From contig JAPETS010000038.1 in NCBI GenBank assembly GCA_026023565.1, positions 244,686 through 264,685 of the forward strand: 20,000 nucleotides of DNA, in the 5' to 3' direction. Origin of the DNA: Cirrosporium novae-zelandiae (taxonomy: Eukaryota). Every line of letters starts with the position of its first letter. The stretch's first letter is position 1. This document shows positions 7,615 to 17,658 of this stretch, in pieces. Below the pieces are notes generated by a model. The model searched no databases and was not told where the DNA came from. It saw nothing but the letters and a program-made list of their open reading frames with translations. The position numbers and the translations under genes are program-made.

Positions 7615-10426
7615 TCAGAGAAGAGCAGACGATCCTTTACTACTTAATTTCTGGTATGCGTCTGCCACTGGACTCCCTTCTATTTCCATGGTGCTAGTCC
7701 GACTATTCAATCCGCCTTTGATTTTCCCTTTTCTGAATCGCTTTGCCCACCCTACTGGCTCCTCTCCGCTTTCAATATACAGGTGGTCTTCCTCCATCTT
7801 CACGAACCACGCAACCTCAAACTGGTGGTTTTCTGGCCCGGCTCCACAGGCTCCAGCCATTAGGTTTGAAGGGGGAGAGTTGACGGAAATGGAAAAGAGG
7901 TTTTGGGGTTCTGTGTAGTCGGTTACGTAGGAACGGTTTTTGATGAGATAGCCGAAGCAGAAGACGTTGAAGAGGAAGACGGGGAAGAGGACTAGGAAGA
8001 ATACGTTTTGCCACTGTTTTTGGCTGCCGGAAGCGTAATCGATTTGTTGGAAGCTGGCGTTAAAGGCCTCGTAGGTGGGAGACGCGAGAGGGTTTGTGGG
8101 GTAGTTTTGGTCTGCCCAAGAATGGGAAAAGGTGGCATCCTGAGAGGATAGAAGGAGAGTGCAGCCTGCGAGAACGGCGAGAGCTTCCGCAATTGAGGGG
8201 AGAGAAGAGGAAAGCTGGTACTTGGTCGGGATGAGTTGTGTGAGGAGACGAGCATTGGCGGCTGCTCCGTCAGATATACCGGCTCCGAGAGAGAGTGAAT
8301 TGGCCCATTCCGAAGCAACATTTTTCCAGTCTGGCTCTGGGACCCCTTGTGGTGCGTCTGGAACTGAGCGAGAGTAGGCATCTTTATCATTCGGATCATT
8401 GCAATGCGCCGCAATTGTTCCTCCAGAGTAGGAAGCGTTGAAGCGCGTCGAGCAGTTTGGAGATAATGTCGCTTTGAGAGAGCAAAGGACGTAAGGGGGG
8501 TCCATATCAGGCGTTACAGAGCCTTCCTTGGCAGGTGAGGCTGCAAGAATATAGATCGCATTTGAAATATAATTCCCTCTGTTTAAACCTGTGCCGTTGA
8601 CGAGCGTATTAAATGGGAGAGGAACTTTTGGAAATATTGGAGGATTTTGGCCTCCTTTGCTAATATTCCCAAAGCCAAATAGATCGTCGACAACAGTTGA
8701 ATTAAACCAATGGCCTAGAGAAGGTAAGTTGGAAGGTGGCGAACTAACCCAAGTGGTATCATTAAAGGTATGATTGGTCCCATTCCAGGCGGTATAGATT
8801 AGCGGTGCTAGTTCATCTGCAGTCATTCCAGCACAAAGGACGTTGACAGAAGGCGATGGAACGGAAGCGATAAGATGATACTCGCCAGCTCCACCTAAAT
8901 CATCTGGTTGCATAATTCCATTGCGTTCGTTCTGAGCAGCAGTGTACACGTTGCTGTGAGGCATTGCTAATGTGACATTATTTATTAGTCTTCCATGCTT
9001 CTGTGATACTTCAGTAATGTTCACAACGTCAATCCAACTTCCTTTGACCGTCGTGTTGTCATACATAAGTCCAACAGCGTTAGGACGTTTGGTAAGGTCT
9101 ATAGATGTATCATTGCCGCTGTTGATCTGATCAGTCCAAACGGATAGGAAGGCTTGGTAATTGTGATACGCTTGTCCTGCATGCTCGATCTGTAAACATG
9201 TGGTACCTCCGTATAGCGGATCGGCTGATTTTTGAATAGGGGTTGGACAAGTATCCGATAAGTACTGAGGGTTGGCAAAGCTCGTCATCACTAGGCCATG
9301 CATGACCCTTGATTTGAGATTTCCGAATCTCAGACTTGGGCTGACAAGTGTTTCTGCGGCGGTGGTGTAAAACATTGCCATAAGAGTGGCTAGCAGTGTT
9401 GTTATCCCAATAAAAGAAAGAGCCGCATATCGTAATGTCGACCAATGCGTAATAAGTGTTCCTGGCTGCATAATCCATCCCCTCATCATCATTTGTGCGA
9501 TTGTCACTCCTTTTCCACCTGTCACGAAAGCTTCCCGGCTCAATACTTGCCCTAGAACAGCTACAAAAACCGTCACAAACGACAATTCAATGGTTTTTGC
9601 GAAGAGAGCGCTTAAAGTCTGTGCCGTGTCTGGTGAGAGACCCCCCGATTCTTTGATGCGTTGACCATAGTGAGGCCGTATGAAAGCTAGCAGGAGAAAT
9701 ATCCCAGAGAAGATCATAGAATATATGGATAGGATCATAATGGTCACTGAAAGCCACGACAGACCTCTTTGTTCTATAGGGCGATTTGATTTGCATCCTA
9801 GGTTGAGCGGCCGGCCTATTGGGTATGTTTAGCCAACCACGACGCTGGTACGGTATACGGGTATTCTCACCTCCATAACCCCCATAAGCTAGCCCGAGAG
9901 TAGAAGACGAAGCTCGGGGATATAAACGCCTAGTATCTGAGATAATTGAATATGAGTCGTAAAGAGATGATGGTTTTGATTTGTAAGCGGTATCTTCGTC
10001 ATCAGATGCATCAATGTCATGAAATTCCTCGGATTTTGGAGTTGGCTCGGGTCCAAAAGAAGAGCCAGTTAATAATGGATCCCCAGATCCTGGGGTTTGG
10101 AATGGAGGAGTCACGCCGGACTCTTGCCTTTGACCTCCGGATTTGGTATCCTCGTTACCGGTGGCAATACCCAAGCCATGTTTGTTTCGTATGTGGTGAT
10201 TGACGCTCTGCGAAAGGTCTCCTTCTTCGTCATCGTCAATTGGAGGTAGGTGTCCATATTTTTGAGATCGTCTGCTTGCTGTCGAAGGGTTCCGTCGAAA
10301 AATGTGTCGAGAATGAACAGTTGGAGAGGTGACGGTGATAACAGGGCTCGGTGGAGACTCGTCGGTCAGATCAGCAGTTTGTCTGTTTGTAAGACGACGC
10401 TGATCATTCTCAGATGTCGACGACAT
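7615..10426 (-). CDS. Uncharacterised fungal multi-pass membrane protein, about 918 aa; exons 10426-9871 and 9815-7615
   Basis: ORFs 9587..10426 and 7615..9747 are joined by a 55-nt phase-1 intron (minus-strand GTGAGA at 9870, GCTAAAC, AATAG ending 9816), giving GYG/GRPLNLGCKSNRPIEQRGLSWLSVTIMILS. The product has a disordered S/P/D-rich N-terminus, about 3 hydrophobic helices, a long Cys- and N-x-S/T-rich region, and a C-terminal TM helix (VFFLVLFPVFLFNVFCFGYLI). Confidence 0.85.
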
Positions 10427-11434
10427 GAGGAAGCATCCAACTCCTGTCTCGGGTGAATTGGAGTTTGCCTTTTCTTATTTCTAAAACGGAAGGTCGATAT
10501 GAGGTCAAAAGCATAGGGATGGAAGGCCAAGATTCTTGTTTTTAAGATGACGACGGTAGTTAACCTTTACCCTGGAATGGGGGGTCGTAAGGCTGGCTTA
10601 TGGAAATCAAGAAAGGCAATATCTTCACTAATCAGTGATTCCTTCACCAACCACAAGAGTAATTAATGATCAACACACCTTTTCGGAGTCTTGGCTGCAC
10701 AACGGTCAAGGCGAGAACAACAAGCGTGGCAATCAACGACAATGATGAAAGACGTGTAACGTATGTATCAATTCTGTCAGAATTGAGAGAAAATATCCAC
10801 CTGCTGGTCTTTGCTTCCTAAGTGTGCCTCCTTATCCCGGGGTACTTTTTCCTTCCCGATTCCCATGTGTCATGCTTGTGCCATGTTTGTGCCTTAACTC
10901 TGTTCGACATTTTTCAGCTGTGGAAGTATCAACAAAGTATGGCCCCCATTCTCTTTCCATTGCTCCAAAAGGTCCGCCAAGAGAATGTGGCTCTCGGGGC
11001 TGAAGGATCAACTGAGTTCTCACCACCCATTCTCTTATCAAGCTGCTATTCGTAGAAGTCCTGGGTTAATTTCGATACCAATAGTGTATTTGGTGGCAAT
11101 TATTCTGTTTGCATCTTTCTCGGTGTTGAAGCTGACACATTGTAGTAATATTTGTTTTATTGCTGGGAGCTGAGAGGTTTCAACCGAGTTGATATGCTTC
11201 TTTCTATCTATAGTTAGATTAGGCTGCGTTAGATTGTTAAAATGCGACAACAACAAAAAGTATTCGTCGTTGTTTCATGAACCGTCATCATCATCCTTCC
11301 GTATATAATCATTAACATACATAGAAATCCTGGGTAAGAGCTTTTGATGATAATATAATAATAGGTTGACAAAGTTTTCACTTCGTTAGGGTACCATCCA
11401 GGAATATACCTCATTCTCGTTCATTCCTTCACAA

Positions 11435-12175
11435 TCATTTCCCCCACCATTTTTTCTGTCCCTTCGTATTGACTTGCTTGTCTCCATCTACACTCTCATT
11501 CTGAATTTCAAACGTACTTGAAATCTTTGTCGTCGTTCCAAATCCCTTTTCTACATCTGATCCTCGCCTATCTTCCCGTAGCAATGCTGGCGATGGTTCC
11601 TGGATCCGCTCCAGTCCTGGTTCTCTTCTCGCATGCCTTGGAAACCTTGGTGTCAAGGGTGTCATAATACCCTCCTTCACCTTTCTGGCCGACTTTCTAA
11701 TTGTTTCTTTAATCTCCCATTGCCGTTTCTTTACACCAAACCAGAGTACTGTAGCGACAACTACAATCGTTCAGATCAGATTAGCTAAACACTCCAAAAT
11801 CACGAAAGATGATTGTTATGGGGACTCACTTCCAACAATGGCAACTACACCAACAACAACGCAAATGGCAATCATTGCTCCTTTGGGGAGATTGAATCCA
11901 CTACCCCCTTCACCCCCAGATGCGCCGGCCGCATTCTGCTCGCTTGAAGATGACTGGTCCGCGCCGACATCACCAGGCTGCAACCCTGAGTCTCCGGTCC
12001 CTGGATGAGCAGAAGCAATGGCAGAAAACACGTTGTAGTCGCTTGTCGATGTGGATGATGGTGACGAACTCGTAGATGTTGCTGCTTCAACAAAGGCTGA
12101 ATGAAGAATGGTGAGCGAGAAGATGAGAAGTTGGAAATAAAAGGGCCGGAGCGGAGTAGTTGAGGTGGACGCCAT
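11435..12175 (-). CDS. Uncharacterised type I single-pass membrane protein, 223 aa; exons 12175-11830 and 11760-11435
   Basis: ORFs 11816..12175 and 11435..11680 are joined by a 69-nt intron (minus-strand GTGAGT at 11829, branch GCTAAT, TGTAG ending 11761). The product has a signal-like N-terminus, an S/T/G-rich stalk, a TM segment AMIAICVVVGVVAIVG/IVATVLWFGV, and a basic cytosolic tail KKRQWEIKETIRKSARKVKEGIMTPLTPRFP. Confidence 0.85.
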
Positions 12176-14392
12176 GCTTGCTCTTGAGATTCAAGGAAAG
12201 ATGAAGCCGAAGAGATCGAAGCTGATAAGCCGCGTGGGTTTAAAAAAGCAATAAGAAATAGCCTGCGCCGAGCCGCAGGTCACTAGGACCTGGGTGGTGG
12301 TGAAGGGTGAATCGGCTTCTGCTGATATCTCAGGCAGAAATTATTTGAGCGACCAGAGTATATACAATCAATTGATATCAAAATTATAGTGATGCATTTT
12401 CTCCCCATGCGAACCTTGGTCCACCTATATATCCTTTTGTTACCAGCCCCACCCCTCAACCTCAGCACAAGGTTCTCCAGCATCTTCACATAAAGCCTGT
12501 CTGGGATAGCTACACGCCAAGCGCAAATAGAACCTCCCAAACACAATGCCAATGTTCAAACATCCATGCAGCGCTTACTTCGCACACCAAACAGAAATCT
12601 CTACGGTGATACATGTTTCGAGTGTGACCGCCAAGCAACCACAATCAATATGATTGGATGTGGGGAGGGGATCCACAGACTTGCATTTTGCCTAGCCGCC
12701 TTGCACATAGGACCCAAGGTCGGCGGCTACCAGGTTGGCAACTTTGACAGGTTGAAGAGGACCAAAAATATTTAAGCTGCGGGTTTTAAGATTAAAATAG
12801 ATCCTTGCAGTAGTTAAGGATAGTTAATCTGCTCCACATGAGCAAAGAAGCATAATTTGCATTCATTTTTCATCAGACGTCATTGGATCTCTGAAGATTT
12901 CTAGTATTGATTCAGCTGGCACCTTTACCGCCAATTATCCCGTGTTTTTTTTTATCAAATCTACAGTCTGTTGTTAAAATTATGGATTAGCATTGCACCA
13001 GTAAATATATAGCACGTTGCCCTCCACCATTATTCTGCGACAAATTTATCATCGTAGACCAAACCTGGGATGTCTTACTGGCATCTATTTAGCGACGTGG
13101 ATTTAAGGGTAGCTGTTAGAAGGAGAGTCAGCCCTTCGAGATATAATTATGGATGAGACGAATTTGAAATGCTAGTCCATTAGTTCTGGAGAAATCACTA
13201 TAAACCCACGTAGTATTTTCCGCAGAGATGTTTGGAACTATCTTGTCGTCCACGGGATCTAGTTAATAATCCATGTCAATTCTAAAGTACTAATCAGGCA
13301 TCTCCTTCAGAAAGCTATCTCAAGATGCAATTTGCGAATATTGCAAAATACTTCTTCAGGCATTTCCAAAACACAATATTCCCCAAAGAGAATGAATCAG
13401 ATCGAACAAACCTGTAGATGCCAAGTAACTTTATGCTAGTTGTAATTACTTTAGCAAGAGTATGTAGTTGACGCTGCCACGTCACTATAGCATTCACCCA
13501 AATCACCCCGAAGCAAACGGCGTTGGCTCGAATGTTTCGTTTAGGACTTCACTTTAGTAGCAGGTTTTGAGCCTGGCGGATATTAGGAGTTTCGGCTGCG
13601 GAAAGCGACGTATGGCTGATTGGATAGCTTTCAAATTGTTTCCTTAGTAAAAATTCTTCTTGGGCTCCCGAGAAAGCATTAGAAGCGTCTTTATTTTGTA
13701 GCCAAGGTCAAGGTTCTCTTTTTATTCAGCCAAGTCATCAAGAAAGTAGAAGTTGATCCCCCCTCGTACGAGGACAGTGACTCGATATGATGAACTATGA
13801 TGGAAAGAGGGCCAGATATTCTTTGGATTGTTGTCAGGTTCGTTGTTCTCAGGATAAGGCCATTGATAGAGTAGTAGCTCAAGCTAGTGCAAAGTCACTG
13901 GAGAAAGGCAGATGATTGTTGATAGACAGGGTAGATTGATAGAAAGATAGAAATATAAATGATTAGACTAGCTGTACTCGTAGGTTAAAAAACCAGCACG
14001 GGACTCTCAGCGATCAGTGTGATTGGTTTTAAAACAAAACTAGTCCTCGCTAGGATTAGCACAATACGGGCATCGAGGAGGAGTTCACAGCAACGGCCAG
14101 CCACCAGCTACTTTAAATCTAACAAAGCCAAAGCAGCTATCCATTTCATCCATTCACTCTCTCTTACAATAACTACAATCTGGGTTTTAACAACCTATCT
14201 TACATATATGACTCTACAAAAATAAAGAAAGTGTTTCGTGAAGATATGGTGAATCACCTGTGCTCCAAGTGCTGAAAGTGGAAGCTCTGTCGCATTGACT
14301 TGGAAAGCTCCGCTTTGATGCATATACATTGGTTGATCACGTACAATCCCGCCCTCCATTTCGAACACGTTACGGCGACCTCAGCTTCAAAA

Positions 14393-16975
14393 ATGAATGA
14401 AGAGAAGTTGCTACAAACATCGAGTTCTATCACAGAAGAACTCTTAGAAGGCAAATCAGAATCCGATATCGAGTCACAAGCTTCTGAAAGCTCGCCTCAA
14501 ACTCCCGTCCCCTCCGGTTCAAGCCACGCAATACAAGACATTTCCAAACAACTTGATAATGCTCGCGATGCCCTTTCATCCAAGGAACATCATCCCATGA
14601 GACTCTTAGATCTCCCTGTTGATGTTCTCAAAGAGATTGTGAAAGAACTCACACATACAAATGATCTTGCCGCTCTCGCTTTGACCCATTCCGCTCTACA
14701 CAAATTGGCTGTGCCTCACATATACTCTCGATTTGATATCGTTTGGCCTGATACACATGCAACTGCAGATCCACGTACGGGTGTAGATGCTCTTACATAT
14801 GGCCTCGCTACTTTGGTTATGGGGGAGGAGATGTTCACTGATCGACATACACATATCCAAACTTCGAGCCATAAATGCAGTCAATGTGGTCATGTAGACA
14901 ATGCTGATCCTACATCTTTGCAGGTGCCTTTTCAGCCTACACGACGTTATGGGAATAATTTTGCTCAGTTCACTCGCAAATTCTCACTTGGAAATGGTCC
15001 TCCGGATTGGGTATCCGAATACATGATCAACAAAGAAAGTGGAAAAATGCTGGGTACACTTGTGGCTCTTGCAATTGCCCGGATGCCATTCCTTGAGACG
15101 TTTGTTTGGGATATGCCTACTGGAGTGCTCCGGGATGTCTGGCTTGCTCTTGCCTCTATCGCGGAACGTCACGGGGGGCAGAATTGCCGACTTGAGAGGG
15201 TATGGGTCAGGTGGCACGATAACAGAGACAGTCTCCATCTTGTGTCTCAAACTCCTCTAGCGCCTGGAAATCAAGGGTTTACAGCTGCATCTGCCGCGCT
15301 ATTCTCCAACTCTACCCAGACTGGAATACCCACGGTTGTGCCCCCAGGAGTTCCCGCCGTGGCACCAACGACAATTCCTACAGGGCCGCACATAATCATT
15401 TCTCCTTCCGTGCCCCACTTACAAGTTCAAAGTCGTGTTGAATACCCCACTTTTTCTGTTCTGCCTCCTTTGAAGAGTTTGAGCGTTCTGGATATCGACG
15501 AACTTGCATATATCAAAGAGATGAGCATACTTATTGGACGATCAAAAAATAAATTGCGAGAGCTGCGAGTAGGAATTGCTAAACATGCAGTTGATACTGT
15601 TTGGGCAAAAGCATCAGAACCCGTTCAAATGGGAGTTCTAGGGCTCTTGACTAGCGAACTCGACTTTCCTGGGGGGATAAATATTTCTTCTGGCCACAGA
15701 GAACGAAATAATCAGTCAGTTCAGAAAGATATGGTCGAGGCAGTAGAAAAGCCCTCAGTATCCGAGTCCATATCGACAGAATCCGGAACGGACGTCAATT
15801 CCTTGCATCAGATGCCGTCTACGGTCCTACGCACTCTGCCAGTGCATAACCGAACCCCCAAAGAAAAGTTACGCCTCGAAATCTTGGAACTCGAACGAAC
15901 CACTCTATCCGTGCCGGTGCTACAAAGGGTTATCGACTGGTCACTTCTAACAACCTTAACTATCCTCCATTGTCCCAACCATGAACATCTGTGGAAGGCA
16001 CTCCGCCATACTTTTGCACCACGGTCTTCTGCTAGTCAGAAGCCACCGTCTCTACAAGACTCCCCAGCCCGACTAGGTTATTCCATATTCAACCGTTCTC
16101 GACCTCCCAGGCCGATGAGAAGTGAATATAAACTGAACCTGAAGCGCATACATACAAACATGGTCTCCAATTCCCTCATAACATTCCTTAAAGATGCTCT
16201 TGCGCCGGATAGCCTGGAGTGGTTGTTCTTGCAGGAGTCTCGCCTTTATCCATCCCCAGTTACCATTGACGCAATCTTCAAAGGGGCCATCAAAAAGCAC
16301 CGAGGAAGCCTCAAAAGGCTGATGGTTGATAGCTCAGAACGGATGGACAATGGTCAACTTGCTGCTAACGAAAAATGGAAGAAGTGGATGTTCCCCCGAG
16401 ATCTGCTAAAATTTATCACGAGTGGAAGTATGGGCAATCTTCGGGAACTTGGGATGGCCTTAGATTACCGGGACTGGCACTTTTTTTTGCAGAGCCTTCC
16501 ACGGATCAAACATATTCGCTCATTATACATTCCCTTCCTATCAAGCCATGTCGGGAACATGGATGCACGAGAATTGGCAATGCAGGTTCTAGATACTGTT
16601 TCATTGCGTCCTGAGATTGAACTGTGCTATGTTGGTCTCCGAACCAAATGCTTTGAGATCCTCGAAGGGAAACCAGGCGATGGACGAGACGGCTATGATG
16701 ATCCTATGAATTTGGATCATGGGTCTACAGGCGCTGGGGATTCAGATGGAGAGAGTGACGATGAGGAAACAGACGATGATGATGATGGTGATACGGGGAC
16801 TGTGCCTGCTGGTGATCCATTTGACTCACAATCAGATACATCTTCGAATCCATATGCATCATCGGAAGATGGAAGTGTACTTGATGAAAGGTTTGAGCCA
16901 AAACTTAGGTTGAGGGAGATTCTTTTCTACGATGATAAGGTTTCGGTGTTCAAGGTGCGGCATGGAAGATTATGA
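14393..16975 (+). CDS. F-box domain protein with LRR/RNI-like repeats, about 860 aa, intronless (in-frame upstream ATG at 14318 also possible)
   Basis: Long uninterrupted ORF 14300..16975. The ATG at 14393 has a good context (tcaaaaATG). F-box motif LLDLPVDVLKEIVKELTHTNDLAALALTHSALHKLA; repeated LxxLxL-like units (LKSLSV, LRELRV, LTTLTI, LEWLFL, LKRLMV, LRELGM, IRSLYI); acidic stretch before the C-terminal LRLREILFYDDKVSVFKVRHGRL. Confidence 0.88.
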   Translation: MNEEKLLQTSSSITEELLEGKSESDIESQASESSPQTPVPSGSSHAIQDISKQLDNARDALSSKEHHPMRLLDLPVDVLKEIVKELTHTNDLAALALTHSALHKLAVPHIYSRFDIVWPDTHATADPRTGVDALTYGLATLVMGEEMFTDRHTHIQTSSHKCSQCGHVDNADPTSLQVPFQPTRRYGNNFAQFTRKFSLGNGPPDWVSEYMINKESGKMLGTLVALAIARMPFLETFVWDMPTGVLRDVWLALASIAERHGGQNCRLERVWVRWHDNRDSLHLVSQTPLAPGNQGFTAASAALFSNSTQTGIPTVVPPGVPAVAPTTIPTGPHIIISPSVPHLQVQSRVEYPTFSVLPPLKSLSVLDIDELAYIKEMSILIGRSKNKLRELRVGIAKHAVDTVWAKASEPVQMGVLGLLTSELDFPGGINISSGHRERNNQSVQKDMVEAVEKPSVSESISTESGTDVNSLHQMPSTVLRTLPVHNRTPKEKLRLEILELERTTLSVPVLQRVIDWSLLTTLTILHCPNHEHLWKALRHTFAPRSSASQKPPSLQDSPARLGYSIFNRSRPPRPMRSEYKLNLKRIHTNMVSNSLITFLKDALAPDSLEWLFLQESRLYPSPVTIDAIFKGAIKKHRGSLKRLMVDSSERMDNGQLAANEKWKKWMFPRDLLKFITSGSMGNLRELGMALDYRDWHFFLQSLPRIKHIRSLYIPFLSSHVGNMDARELAMQVLDTVSLRPEIELCYVGLRTKCFEILEGKPGDGRDGYDDPMNLDHGSTGAGDSDGESDDEETDDDDDGDTGTVPAGDPFDSQSDTSSNPYASSEDGSVLDERFEPKLRLREILFYDDKVSVFKVRHGRL

Positions 16976-17585
16976 AGAGGAGGATACAGGTGAATATATG
17001 ACGGGTGGGTTTCGGTTATTTCTACGGGTTAGGGATCATACGGTAAGGAAACCGAGCTTGTGGGTTATGATTCGACATGAATAACTTGGGCAGGTCAAAG
17101 GGAATGGCATCGATCATGGAGATCAAGTCTGGATCTAAACTCATTGAAGTGGAGCAATTCGAGCGAGGCGTTTGTGAGCATTTACAAGTTACTTAATATT
17201 CCAAAATACAGTTCTTGATCAATGGATGAAAGTCTATCTATTAGATTTAGTGATAAAAAAAAAGGGGGGGGGGGGTGGCTAGATGGTGCGTGGATGCTTC
17301 GTATTTGATCTATGAATAATTAAAGTATTTTTTAGTGATGTTTGGTTGATACACACAGTACATCTAAAGGGAGTAATGTTTGAGACAAGGTCAATACAAA
17401 AGTAGTATTTTTTACGAAAGGACTTAGTAGTTAGTACACGTATAAGATAGGGAGTTGTTAGTGGCTCGGTACTTCTAGGGCTGAATCCGGGGGGTCGTTT
17501 CCCCGACGGTCCCTGAACGAATGGCTTGGCCTTGCCCGACGGAGGTGCCATAACTTGTATAATTAATATGTTATATATCCATTCA

Positions 17586-17609
17586 ACTTGGTCACTTGGT
17601 CACTTGGTC
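17586..17609 (+). repeat. Perfect 8-bp tandem triplicate (ACTTGGTC)x3 upstream of GUP1
   Basis: acttggtc acttggtc acttggtc read directly, ending about 50 nt before the GUP1 ATG. Confidence 0.85.
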
Positions 17610-17658
17610 TCTTTTGATTATTTTCAATTTACTTCTTTCCTTTTAAGATCATGCCACG

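Noticed and set aside
13139..13175. D-I-I-M-D-E-T on the + strand resembles the pogo/Fot1 transposase D(I)YNMDETG motif
   Set aside because: The match is partial, a stop follows within a few codons, and no other transposase motifs or terminal inverted repeats are visible.
12176..14300. 2.1-kb divergent intergenic region with several 60-90 aa ORFs
   Set aside because: No codon bias, domains or consistent splice structure; no tRNA or other ncRNA pattern recognised.
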